Of a stretch of DNA of 64,000 nucleotides, positions 54,656 through 64,000 are shown one piece after another. How positions within the stretch are numbered: the first letter of the stretch is position 1; each line of letters begins with the position of its first letter. The stretch comes from an uncultured delta proteobacterium (GTDB lineage: Bacteria > Desulfobacterota > WTBG01 > CAIYCZ01 > CAIRTM01). The notes beneath the pieces are model-generated. The model was not told the origin of the DNA. It made no database searches and worked only from the letters and a program-made list of their open reading frames with translations. The position numbers and the translations under genes were made by a program. The stretch covers positions 256,001-320,000 of the forward strand of contig CAWDSQ010000030.1 of the NCBI GenBank assembly GCA_963804955.1, written 5' to 3'.

Positions 54656-55861
54656 TTACTTCAGCCGCGCGCAGTCGAAATCAGGCTTTGCAAGATCGGC
54701 TTTGAGCGCCGAAATATTTTTTTTGTTTTTGATGGCCGCAAGTATCTCATCGGCGCCGTGATTGTCCCCGAGCAGTATGGCGCCGGCCAGAATATTGTCC
54801 TGTATGACGAATTTCCGGTAGGTCGCCTGCGCCGCATCCTGAACAACAATAGATTCAAGCTTCGCGTCGGCATCGATATCGCCCCCGGCGGTCAGATTAA
54901 TGCCGACGACCTTCAGTGAATTCGACATGACGCTGCCGCCGTAGTGCACGCTGCCGCCGGCCATATTCGTGCCGGCAACGCGGCCCTGATCCATTGACGG
55001 CTGCCAGAGGCCATAGAACATGCCGCGATGCTCGATGAGGTCGCCTGCGGCATATATATCATCAATGCCGGTCTTCATGCAGTCGTCAACTTTTACGCCC
55101 TTATCGATCTCAAGGCCGATTGCTTTTGCAAGAGCCACTTCGGGCCTGACGCCGGCAGAAATCATGACCATGTCGGCGGGCAGTTTCTCGCCGCCTTCAA
55201 GATTGACAAAGAGCTTGCCGCCCTGGCTGGTAATGTCCCTGGTTTTCGCTCCGAGATAAAAGCTGAAGCCCATTTTTTCCATTTCCTTCTGCAGGATGGC
55301 AGCCCCCGGAACATCCATCTGGCGGGGCAGCAGGCGCGGAAATACTTCAACAACGGAGACCTTGAGGCCTGCTTTCCGAAGGCCGTTGCCGGCTTCAAGG
55401 CCAAGCACGCCGCCGCCGATGAGCACGAGCTCTTTTGCCGTCTCAGCTCTTTTCTTTATGGCCTGGGCATCTGCAGCCGTGCGCAGCGCAACCACGCCCT
55501 CATTTTTTGATCCCGGTATGGGCGGAATAAAAGAATATCCGCCGGTTGCAATCAGCAGTGTATCATAGGAAAAGCTTGTACCGCCTTTGGTTGTGACGGT
55601 TTTTGCCTTCGGGTCGATGGCAGTCACCTCGGTGTCCAGATGCAGCTCGATGCCGTTGCCTGTATACCACTGCTCGTTATGAATGATGATGCCGCTTATG
55701 TCTTTCTCGCCCGCAAGAAATTCAGGCAGGGCCGGTACATAGTAGAAGGGCGCCTTCTCTTTTGAGAACATGATTATGGAGCCCTGTTTGTCCGTCGCGC
55801 GGATTTTTTCAGCAGCGGCATTCGCAGCCACACTGTTGCCGATGATGATATGCTTTGCCAT
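54656..55861 (-). CDS. FAD-dependent NAD(P)H oxidoreductase (rubredoxin reductase-like)
   Basis: LIATG, IGGGVLGLE, IYAAGD. Confidence 0.88.
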   Translation of the reverse strand: MAKHIIIGNSVAANAAAEKIRATDKQGSIIMFSKEKAPFYYVPALPEFLAGEKDISGIIIHNEQWYTGNGIELHLDTEVTAIDPKAKTVTTKGGTSFSYDTLLIATGGYSFIPPIPGSKNEGVVALRTAADAQAIKKRAETAKELVLIGGGVLGLEAGNGLRKAGLKVSVVEVFPRLLPRQMDVPGAAILQKEMEKMGFSFYLGAKTRDITSQGGKLFVNLEGGEKLPADMVMISAGVRPEVALAKAIGLEIDKGVKVDDCMKTGIDDIYAAGDLIEHRGMFYGLWQPSMDQGRVAGTNMAGGSVHYGGSVMSNSLKVVGINLTAGGDIDADAKLESIVVQDAAQATYRKFVIQDNILAGAILLGDNHGADEILAAIKNKKNISALKADLAKPDFDCARLK

Positions 55862-55912
55862 GATGACCCCCTGTTGGAATATGTTGGTTGTTTGTCGCGA
55901 GCCCGGTTTGCC

Positions 55913-56488
55913 CTATGTGAGCACAATAGCTCTCCCGAGTTTTTTTGCTTCCTCGCATAGTTCGGGCTGCTCCAGAAGCGCGCCTTTTTTGTCGATGCCG
56001 CCATAGGTGAGATGATGCGAGAACGGCATGTCAAGGGCATCGAAAAAATATTTTGCCGTGAGCAGGATGCCGTCAAAATTTTTCTTTCCCTTTGCTCCTC
56101 CGACGCTGAGCAGAATGCCCCGGCCCTCTGCGGCCCGCTCCAGGCGCAGCCCCCGGCCAAGCAGATACTTGCGCGCCCAGAAGCATTGCGTGCGGTCAAC
56201 CATTGCTTTAGCAAGGGCGTTCAGGCCGTAAAAGAAGACGGGCGCCGCCAGCACAATGACATCGGTTGCGATCAGGCGCGGATAGATGTCATCCATGCCG
56301 TCGCGCAGCACGCATATCCCTGTTGCTTCGCAGCCGCCGCAGTCAATGCAGGGTGAAAAGGTGACATCCCGAAGGAAAATTTCCTGCACCCCGGCGCCTG
56401 CCTCCCGTACGCCCCCGAGGAAAGCCTGCATGAGCAGATCTGTGTTGCCGTCTTTTCTCGGGCTGCCGTAGATCGCGGTTATTCGCAT
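55913..56488 (-). CDS. Iron-sulfur flavoprotein / flavodoxin family
   Basis: GSPRKDGNT, CIDCGGC...C. Confidence 0.85.
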   Translation of the reverse strand: MRITAIYGSPRKDGNTDLLMQAFLGGVREAGAGVQEIFLRDVTFSPCIDCGGCEATGICVLRDGMDDIYPRLIATDVIVLAAPVFFYGLNALAKAMVDRTQCFWARKYLLGRGLRLERAAEGRGILLSVGGAKGKKNFDGILLTAKYFFDALDMPFSHHLTYGGIDKKGALLEQPELCEEAKKLGRAIVLT

Positions 56489-56581
56489 GGTTGCTCGCGT
56501 GTGGATATTGTTTAATCGCAGGGGCGGGCTGTATGCCGGCCCTGGCAGGAGGAGATGCCCCCCTGCCTGCATCGGATAGTG

Positions 56582-57760
56582 TCAGGACTTGATTTTTTCA
56601 ATAATTTTTTCAGCAAGCGCTATGATCTGTGCAGTATCTTCAGCATTGGGAAGATACTGGGCGCGCACGCCCGGCTCGATGACGTCAAGGCCGATGGCCT
56701 TCAGCTCGTCGCTCACCAGCTGCATGGATTCGCCGCTCCAGCCATAGGAGCCGAAAGCCGCGGCAATCTTTTTTTGCGGCTTCAGGCCTTTCATATAGCA
56801 GAGCAGGTCGGCCACAGTCGGGAAAAGATTGCGGTGCAGTGTCGGCGAGCCTATGCACACGGCCTTCGAATCCAGTATCTCGGCCATAATATCGCTGCGG
56901 TGCCATTGGCGAAGCTTCATGAGCTTTACTTCGATGCCTTTGCCCATAAAAAATTCCGTCATGGTTTTGGCCATTTTTTCCGTGCTCTGCCACATGGTAT
57001 CATATACTACAGATACTTTGTTGCCCGCTTCGTAACGGCTCCACTGGTCATAGGCTTTGATGATACGGCCCGGGTCCGTGCGCCAGATGATTCCGTGGCT
57101 CGGAGCTATCATGTCGATTTCAAGTTTCAGCTCGCCAACTTTTTTAAGCGTGTTCTGAATCAGGGGCGAGAGGTGTATGAGTAGATTGGCGTAATATTTA
57201 CGGGCCTCATACATCACGTCGTGCATGTCCACTTCATCGTCAAAGCGTTCCGATGTTGCGATGTGCTGTCCGAAGCCGTCCATGGAAAACAGCAGCTTGT
57301 CCCCGGGCAGATAGGAGAACATGCTGTCGGGCCAGTGCACCATGGGGGTTTCGATAAATTGCAGGCTGCGGCTGCCCAGGTTGAGCGAGTCGCCGGTCTT
57401 AACGATTTCAAGGGGCAGATCGCCGAAATATTTCTGCAGGCCGGGCTTTGCCATCTGGGTGGCAAATATTTTCACGTTCGGGAACAGGCGGTGAAACTCG
57501 CCAAGGGAGCCCGAGTGGTCTTTCTCAATGTGGTTGCAGATGAGATAGTCGATTTTTGCAGGATCGATGATCTGCCGGATGCGATCAAGCATTTCACCTA
57601 AAAACGCCGCCTTGACCGTATCGATGAGCGTGATTTTTTCATCGATGATAAGGTAGCTGTTGTAGGTTGCGCCGCGGCCGGTTATGTAGCCGTGAAAGTC
57701 GCGCAGATTCCAGTCGATGGCGCCGACCCAGTAGATGCTGTCTCTAAGCTGTACGGACAT
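56582..57760 (-). CDS. fprA: Flavodiiron protein (FprA/ROO-like)
   Basis: NHIEKDHSG, HWPDSM, PSHG, flavodoxin domain FGSYGWSG. Confidence 0.93.
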   Translation of the reverse strand: MSVQLRDSIYWVGAIDWNLRDFHGYITGRGATYNSYLIIDEKITLIDTVKAAFLGEMLDRIRQIIDPAKIDYLICNHIEKDHSGSLGEFHRLFPNVKIFATQMAKPGLQKYFGDLPLEIVKTGDSLNLGSRSLQFIETPMVHWPDSMFSYLPGDKLLFSMDGFGQHIATSERFDDEVDMHDVMYEARKYYANLLIHLSPLIQNTLKKVGELKLEIDMIAPSHGIIWRTDPGRIIKAYDQWSRYEAGNKVSVVYDTMWQSTEKMAKTMTEFFMGKGIEVKLMKLRQWHRSDIMAEILDSKAVCIGSPTLHRNLFPTVADLLCYMKGLKPQKKIAAAFGSYGWSGESMQLVSDELKAIGLDVIEPGVRAQYLPNAEDTAQIIALAEKIIEKIKS

Positions 57761-57871
57761 TGATTTCTCCCTGTTGAAATTTTTTATGGCTAAAATTTAA
57801 GTCTATTAGGCTGTAGACTGTTAGGCTGAAGGCTATTGGTTAGAAGACCTGCAGCCTGAACTGCCTACAGT

Positions 57872-59257
57872 CTAAAGACCTATTTTCACACTCTTTTCGA
57901 CCATATCGACAATCGGCAGTACGGGAGCGTCTTTCCCGAGCAGCAGGTTTGCCACTGACTGCGGGTAGGAGCGGTACCTCAGCACAACGCGCACGTCCAG
58001 CGGCAGTTTTGCATCCGGCGGCGTCAGGAACGAGAAGGTTTCTGTAGCCGAGCCCTTTGGCGGTATGGTTTTAACATATTCAAACCGCACGATCTCCCAG
58101 GGCTTTACCGTGTGCTTGCCGTCTTTGTCAACGGCATAGGCGCAAAAAATGCGCGCATCTTCCCCAAGATCTCCCTTTTCGTCAAGCGCGCCGGAACGGA
58201 AAACCTGTTTTCCCGCGGCGTCTGTCACCTTCACATCGAGCCACATCTGGCGCACCTCGGTGAGGCTGGTTGGCAGGTTGTGGCCTGCGCCGACATTGGA
58301 AACTTTTATGCCCATGGTTACCATGCTGCCGGGCTTTGCAGCTTGCGGGGCTAAAATGTCAAGCTCGGCCGCGCTCTTGAGCCGCTTTTCAGCCATGTCG
58401 GCATGCCCCTTTGCGCCAAGCAGCGCAGGTACCGTAAAATTGGCGCCCACGAATTCATGGGTGAACATATTGTCCCGCTTGGGTCCCATGGTGCAGGGCT
58501 GGCCCGGGTTCTGGGGCTTTTTCATGGTTTTTGCGACCTCTATCGATTTTTCTACCGGCATCATGTGGCAGTCCTGGCACTGGATGTCATTTTGCGCATA
58601 GACGGAATATTTCCACTCATCATAGGTGCGCTCGATGTGGAAGTTTGAAACCGGGTGAAACACCTGGTGGCAGTTGGCGCAGAATTTTGATTTGGTGTGC
58701 AGCTCGGAATATTCAGACTTATGATAGGGCGACACCGAATCTTTATAGGGGCCGCGCTTGACATCGCCGGGAGCAACAATCAGGGAGGCATTGTTCGGCT
58801 CATAGGTCGGCGTTTCCAGGAATGAGCTGTCCTTGATGGTGTGGCACACATCGCACTGCACGCCATCCCGGGCGATTTCACTGGTGATGAACTGGTCGTC
58901 TTTGAATGTCAGATCACCGGAGACAACGCCGACGACGGTATGACAGCCGCCGCAGAGATTTTTAGTGAAACCCTTGGTTTCCTTTTCGCCCATCTTCCAG
59001 AGGGCCTGAAAAACCGGGTCGACAAACGCGTTGGAGTGCATGGAGCCTTTCCACTGTGCATATATTTCAGGGTGGCAGCCCATGCAGATTTTGGGCGATT
59101 CGAATTTGTCGGGAGTTACCGGCTTGCCCGTGTCGGTTGTGAGCATTGAGGGATAAAAAGGAAATTTTTTCGTGTCGACTTCGGCAGCAGCGGCAAGCGT
59201 GCAGCAGAAAGCCACGATGGCGATACAGGCTGTGCATGAAAAAAGTTTTTGTGCCAT
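57872..59257 (-). CDS. Pentaheme cytochrome c (c554-like family)
   Basis: Signal; CMGCH, CGGCH, CDVCH, CANCH, CQDCH; WKGSMH; GAGHNLPT. Confidence 0.85.
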   Translation of the reverse strand: MAQKLFSCTACIAIVAFCCTLAAAAEVDTKKFPFYPSMLTTDTGKPVTPDKFESPKICMGCHPEIYAQWKGSMHSNAFVDPVFQALWKMGEKETKGFTKNLCGGCHTVVGVVSGDLTFKDDQFITSEIARDGVQCDVCHTIKDSSFLETPTYEPNNASLIVAPGDVKRGPYKDSVSPYHKSEYSELHTKSKFCANCHQVFHPVSNFHIERTYDEWKYSVYAQNDIQCQDCHMMPVEKSIEVAKTMKKPQNPGQPCTMGPKRDNMFTHEFVGANFTVPALLGAKGHADMAEKRLKSAAELDILAPQAAKPGSMVTMGIKVSNVGAGHNLPTSLTEVRQMWLDVKVTDAAGKQVFRSGALDEKGDLGEDARIFCAYAVDKDGKHTVKPWEIVRFEYVKTIPPKGSATETFSFLTPPDAKLPLDVRVVLRYRSYPQSVANLLLGKDAPVLPIVDMVEKSVKIGL

Positions 59258-59337
59258 GGTTCCTCCGAAAAGAATATGAATATAGATTAATGAGATTGTT
59301 CTATTGATGCAGGAAAGGTCATGCTGTTGCTCGTGCA

Positions 59338-59736
59338 TTACGAGCCGCCGGACCGGCTGCAGGCCGGGCAGGTCCCCCAGAATTCAAGGCGGTGGCCCAT
59401 GACGGTGTAGCCGCTCTTTTCCGAAAGATCGTGGTCGAGCGCTTCAACCGGGCTCATATCGACATCGTCGACTCTGCCGCAGCCTATACAGCGAATGTGA
59501 TAGTGCAACTTTGCGGTGCCGTCAAATCTTTTCTGGCGGCCGCCGACCTCGATTTTCTGAACGACACCCCTCTGGCACAGCCATTCAAGGTTGCGGTATA
59601 CGGTTGCGAGACTCACCCGTGGCAGGCGGCTGCGCACCTGTTCAAAAAGCTCATCAGCCGTGGGATGGGTCTTCACGGACCGCAGTTCATCCAGGATGAT
59701 TTCACGCTGATGGGTAATGCGAAATTTGTCAACCAT
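59338..59736 (-). CDS. perR: Fur/PerR-family regulator
   Basis: THPTADE, ATVYRNL, HYHIRCIGC, CPAC; divergent from rubrerythrin. Confidence 0.85.
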   Translation of the reverse strand: MVDKFRITHQREIILDELRSVKTHPTADELFEQVRSRLPRVSLATVYRNLEWLCQRGVVQKIEVGGRQKRFDGTAKLHYHIRCIGCGRVDDVDMSPVEALDHDLSEKSGYTVMGHRLEFWGTCPACSRSGGS

Positions 59737-59747
59737 AGGACCTCTTA

Positions 59748-59907
59748 TTGATAATAATTATTAGCTGATAATGCCAATATGTCAAGCATGAATCAGCTGA
59801 AACAAAAATAAATCATTTATTTGAAATATATTGCATGCATGTGCTACATCTTAAAAATATAATACAGCTTGACTTGAAAAAAATTATCAAGTAGTAATTA
59901 TTATCAA
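59748..59907. promoter_or_regulatory. Two inverted PerR/Fur-like boxes in the divergent promoter
   Basis: ttgataataattatt (59748) and agtaattattatcaa (59893) are near reverse complements. Confidence 0.6.
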
Positions 59908-60010
59908 AAGGCTGGCTGTTTCAGAACGTATACAAAATTTAAAAAAGCTATTTTATGCATTCATTTTTATTATAGTTATTTTAGCCCTAACTTCAAGAAA
60001 GGAGAATTGC

Positions 60011-60592
60011 ATGGATTTCAAGAACAGCAGGACAAAGCAGAACCTCATGAATTCATTTGCCGGGGAGTCGCAGGCCCGCAACCGGTATACTTTTTTTGCC
60101 GGTGTGGCAAAAAAAGCCGGGTATGAGCAGATTGCAGCTATTTTTCTCGACACGGCCGACAATGAAAAAGAGCATGCGAAAGTTTATTATAAGCACCTTG
60201 CCAAGTATATGGGCGAGGGAGCCGTAACGGTTAACGGCACCTATCCGGTTGTGTTCAGCGATACTCTGAAGCACCTGACAGAGGCTATTGCCGGCGAGAA
60301 TGAAGAGTGGACCAAGCTGTATCCTGATGCTGCAAAAATAGCCGATGAGGAAGGTTTTCAGGATGTAGCGGAAAGCTTCAGGCAGATCGCCCAGGCCGAG
60401 GTTGAACATGAAAAACGCTATCAGGCTTTGAAGACTAATATCGAAACCGGCAGCGTGTTCAAGAAGAAGTCGACTGTCAGATGGCGCTGCCGCAATTGCG
60501 GCCGCGTGATCGAAGCGGCAGGCGCGCCTGAGAAATGCCCGACCTGCGATCATCCGCAGGCGCATTTTGAAATAATGGCTGAAAATTATTAA
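60011..60592 (+). CDS. rbr: Rubrerythrin
   Basis: FAGESQARNRY, NEKEHA, EVEHE, WRCRNCG...CPTC. Confidence 0.95.
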   Translation: MDFKNSRTKQNLMNSFAGESQARNRYTFFAGVAKKAGYEQIAAIFLDTADNEKEHAKVYYKHLAKYMGEGAVTVNGTYPVVFSDTLKHLTEAIAGENEEWTKLYPDAAKIADEEGFQDVAESFRQIAQAEVEHEKRYQALKTNIETGSVFKKKSTVRWRCRNCGRVIEAAGAPEKCPTCDHPQAHFEIMAENY

Positions 60593-60613
60593 CCGGTGAA
60601 GAGGAGGATTCGT

Positions 60614-60994
60614 ATGACACAGCGAGATGAAGTGTATAAATGTGAGCATTGCGGCAATATTGCAACCATTATGCATACCGGCGGCGGCAAGCTGATCTGC
60701 TGCGGCGAGGAGATGAAACTGCTGAAGGAAAACACGACTGATGCGGCAGTGGAGAAGCATGTGCCCGTTATCGAACGCAGCGGCAACACGGTAACGGTAA
60801 AAGTCGGCAGCGTGCCCCATCCCATGGAAGAAAAGCACTATATCGAAGTGATCGGTGTGCTGGTAGAAGGCGATAAGCTGTACCGGGCCTATTTGAAGCC
60901 GGGAGACAAGCCCGAGGCAACGTTTGAAATTCCGGGCAAAGTCATCTGCGCGCGTGAATACTGCAATATCCACGGGCTGTGGAAAAGCAACTAG
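60614..60994 (+). CDS. dfx: Desulfoferrodoxin (superoxide reductase)
   Basis: [26 protein letters not shown]. Confidence 0.95.
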   Translation: MTQRDEVYKCEHCGNIATIMHTGGGKLICCGEEMKLLKENTTDAAVEKHVPVIERSGNTVTVKVGSVPHPMEEKHYIEVIGVLVEGDKLYRAYLKPGDKPEATFEIPGKVICAREYCNIHGLWKSN

Positions 60995-61105
60995 GAACTC
61001 ATCTGCAAAATTTCAGCTCTTCGTGTTTTTTTATGCGCGTCTTTTGAGTGCGCACTAGAGCCGTCCGCTATGCCGGCGGCTGCTGCTTCAGAAAGGAGTG
61101 ACGAC

Positions 61106-61624
61106 ATGATCAGCGACAAAATGCAGAAAGCAATCAATGATCAGATCAATGCCGAAATGTATTCGGCCTATCTCTACCTTGCCATGGAGGCCTATTTTCA
61201 GTCAAAGGGCCTTGCCGGCTTTGCCAGCTGGATGCGCGTGCAGACGCAGGAGGAGATCGTGCATGCCATGAAGATGTATGACTTCATCAATGCGCGCAAT
61301 GGCCGCGTTGAGCTGCAGGAGATTGCCAAACCGCCGCTTGCCTGGGACTCGCCGCTCAAGGCTTTCGAGGCCGCCTACAAGCACGAAACCGTTGTTACGG
61401 GCCGTATCAATAAGCTTGTGGACCTTGCCATCAGGGAAAGCGATCATGCATCGAATAATTTTTTGCAGTGGTTTGTGGCAGAGCAGGTTGAGGAGGAGCA
61501 GTCGGCCGGCGCCGTGGTCGATAAGCTGAAACTGCTCGGCAAATCGACTGAAGGGCTCTTTCAGCTTGATAAAGAGCTGGGCGCCCGTGTCTTCACCCCG
61601 CCTGTACAGGGCGCTGCCGCGTAA
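61106..61624 (+). CDS. ftn: Ferritin
   Basis: [27 protein letters not shown]. Confidence 0.93.
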   Translation: MISDKMQKAINDQINAEMYSAYLYLAMEAYFQSKGLAGFASWMRVQTQEEIVHAMKMYDFINARNGRVELQEIAKPPLAWDSPLKAFEAAYKHETVVTGRINKLVDLAIRESDHASNNFLQWFVAEQVEEEQSAGAVVDKLKLLGKSTEGLFQLDKELGARVFTPPVQGAAA

Positions 61625-61636
61625 CTTTGATGTTTG

Positions 61637-61674
61637 TATAAAAAAGGCCGCACTCGCTGCGGCCTTTTTTATAT
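61637..61674. terminator. Bidirectional intrinsic terminator
   Basis: tataaaaaaggccgca...tgcggccttttttata. Confidence 0.8.
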
Positions 61675-61687
61675 GCGGTTTTGGTTA

Positions 61688-61813
61688 GGGCTTGTAAAAA
61701 AGCAGCTGTTACAGAATCCGTTCGCTCCGGGCTTGTCGAAGGGCCTCCATTCCTGGTGTGATCATTAGACAAGCTCATGATCACCACGAACGGCTGATTT
61801 TATTTACAAGCCC
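61688..61813. repeat. MITE/REP-like element with terminal inverted repeats
   Basis: gggcttgtaaa...tttacaagccc ends; internal ccgttcg...gcttgtc/gacaagc...cgaacgg. Confidence 0.6.
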
Positions 61814-61830
61814 GTATGCCGTCTGCTGAT

Positions 61831-62088
61831 CTATTTCAGGCCAATTTCCTTTGCCGCTTCTTTTAAAGAGTTTGCATCCTTCTGAATCGACTTCATCATG
61901 GGGTTTTGCGTTTCCTGTGCCGCCTTGACGAAGCTTTCAGCTGTTTTGTGTTTCTCCAGCAGCTTTTCTTTGTTCGGAGCCATGGTGCCGTTGTGGCAGG
62001 CGACGCAGGTGTTCCATCCGGCCGAGGCGGTTGTGGCCAGGACAAAAAAAGCGCATACTGAGAGAGCCGTGAGCGAGAGTGTTTTCAT
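61831..62088 (-). CDS. Small monoheme cytochrome c
   Basis: Signal peptide, CVACH, distal PMM. Confidence 0.78.
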   Translation of the reverse strand: MKTLSLTALSVCAFFVLATTASAGWNTCVACHNGTMAPNKEKLLEKHKTAESFVKAAQETQNPMMKSIQKDANSLKEAAKEIGLK

Positions 62089-62331
62089 GCCTGTATCTCC
62101 TTCTGGAATTAATGTGCACTATGAGCAATTATATACCATCACTTGCAGCTGCACGCAAGGCTGCCCGCGACGTATTGCCCGATTCAAAACAGCGCTGCGC
62201 CCTGTTTCTGTGCGCTGAAAATGCGTTGTGCACGCGGCTGGTAATTGCCGCTTGACATGACGGCTCTTATTCCCTAAACTTCTCAAACTTACGTTGCATG
62301 CATTGCCAGCACTTTATTATTGTATGGGGTT

Positions 62332-63156
62332 ATGGTGGAAACAGCTGCCAGGAAACCGATCGGTATTTTTGATTCCGGTGTCGGCGGGCTGACGGTCGTC
62401 AAAGAGGTTTGCAAAAAGCTCCCTCATGAAAATATTATTTATCTTGGCGATACGGCGCGGGTACCCTATGGTACCCGTTCAGCGCAGACGGTACAGAAGT
62501 ATGCGATTTCAAATACGGATTTTCTTTTAACGCAGGATATAAAGCTTCTGGTCATTGCCTGCAACACGGCATCGGCCGTAGCATACGAAAAGCTCAAGGA
62601 CACGTACGGGCTTCCGATCATTGACGTCGTCGGCCCCGGAGCGCGGGCCGCTGTGGCTGCAAGCCGCACCAGGCGCATCGGCATTATCGGCACCGACGGC
62701 ACAATCCTGAGCGGCGCCTATCAGAAAGAGATTGTGCGGCTTGAGCCTGCATGCAGGATTGTCACCCAGGCATGCCCACTGTTTGTGCCACTGGCAGAAG
62801 CCGGGTGGTGCGACAAGGACGATGAGGTTGTGCTGCTCACTGCGCGGCGCTATCTTGAACCGCTTATGAATTCCGGCATCGACACGCTGGTGCTGGGCTG
62901 TACGCATTATCCGATTTTGAAGGAGGCCATACGGGCGGTCATGGGGCCGGGTATCAGGCTTATCGATTCGGCGGAAGAAACGGCCTGTGACGTTCTGCAG
63001 ATGCTTGACCGGCAGCACATCTTCAATGATGACGCAGCCCCCGGCACGAGCACGTTTTATGTAACTGATATCCCGCACCGGTTTGCAGAAACCGGCAGCC
63101 GTTTTCTGGGGCGGGATCTCTCGAATGTATCTGTTGTTGATATCGTGCACCTATGA
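62332..63156 (+). CDS. murI: Glutamate racemase
   Basis: IGIFDSGVGG, PYG, ACNTAS, LGCTHYP. Confidence 0.96.
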   Translation: MVETAARKPIGIFDSGVGGLTVVKEVCKKLPHENIIYLGDTARVPYGTRSAQTVQKYAISNTDFLLTQDIKLLVIACNTASAVAYEKLKDTYGLPIIDVVGPGARAAVAASRTRRIGIIGTDGTILSGAYQKEIVRLEPACRIVTQACPLFVPLAEAGWCDKDDEVVLLTARRYLEPLMNSGIDTLVLGCTHYPILKEAIRAVMGPGIRLIDSAEETACDVLQMLDRQHIFNDDAAPGTSTFYVTDIPHRFAETGSRFLGRDLSNVSVVDIVHL

Positions 63157-63752
63157 AAAAAAACCGGCCTGCACAGCGTACAAGGAAAAAAGGCAATACG
63201 CTCAGGTATCTGACCTTTGCTATCGTTATCCTGGCCGTTTCAGGGCTGGGTGTCTTTTTTTATAATAATAAAACCTTTGACGTGAGCACACTGCTGCCGC
63301 TGCTGGGGAAAATAAAAGGCGAGGATTCTGTCGGGTCATTTACCGCCACGCTCTGTTTCGGTGATGAAAGGGGTGAGTTTCTCATCAGGGAGCATCGTAT
63401 CATCACCAGCGGCCATACTCCCGATAAAAAAGCCGAGGCCCTGCTGCAGGAGCTGCTCAAGGGGCCGCTGACCAGGGGCACGCGCACGGTTCCGCTGCAG
63501 ACGCGGCTGCGTGGCGTTGCCTTTGACAATGGCCTTTTGACGGCAGACTTCAGCCCGGATCTGCAGCAGCATCACCCCGGGGGAAGCGCCTCTGAAATAC
63601 TGACGGTATATTCTGTTGTGAATACCCTGACGCTGAATGTCCCCGAAATCAAGCAGGTGGTTTTGCTGGTGGACGGAAAAAAAATAGACAGTATTGCCGG
63701 CCATATCGACTGCAGGCAGCCGATTTCACCCAGGCCGGATCTCACTCACTGA
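63153..63752 (+). CDS. GerMN-domain membrane protein
   Basis: N-terminal TM; ELLKGP, DFS, YSVVNTLT; follows murI. Confidence 0.85.
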   Translation: MKKNRPAQRTRKKGNTLRYLTFAIVILAVSGLGVFFYNNKTFDVSTLLPLLGKIKGEDSVGSFTATLCFGDERGEFLIREHRIITSGHTPDKKAEALLQELLKGPLTRGTRTVPLQTRLRGVAFDNGLLTADFSPDLQQHHPGGSASEILTVYSVVNTLTLNVPEIKQVVLLVDGKKIDSIAGHIDCRQPISPRPDLTH

Positions 63753-63761
63753 CGGACGGAT

Positions 63762-64000
<239 letters not shown>

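Overview
Bacterial chromosomal window. Gene content and style (multiheme cytochromes, NrfD modules, HdrF-like protein, methylmalonyl-CoA mutase, PerR/rubrerythrin/desulfoferrodoxin island) point to an anaerobic Desulfobacterota/Deltaproteobacteria-type organism (inference). Many conserved genes carry single-base frameshifts, most likely long-read indel errors, so gene boundaries were reconstructed by hand. No rRNA, tRNA, CRISPR array, integrase or intact transposase was seen. Highlights: (1) an operon with a 28-aa basic peptide, queH, comA-comB-comD-comE (methanogen-type sulfonate/coenzyme M route) and a radical SAM gene, with a ComC-family dehydrogenase and a SauS-like acylating dehydrogenase plus ACP elsewhere in the window; (2) a low-GC module (Ig/TSP3 surface protein, lipoprotein, phospholipase C/P1-like protein) with a readable scar of a deleted second copy that kept only its lipoprotein, resembling a polymorphic effector-immunity system; (3) an array of toxin-antitoxin and cargo genes punctuated by a repeated GCACCACCCGCTGCGC junction and a shared tail; (4) several cases of acquired genes followed by a leftover 3' end of another gene; (5) two cytochrome c/4Fe-4S/NrfD modules, an oxidative-stress island, and many MITE/REP-like repeats.
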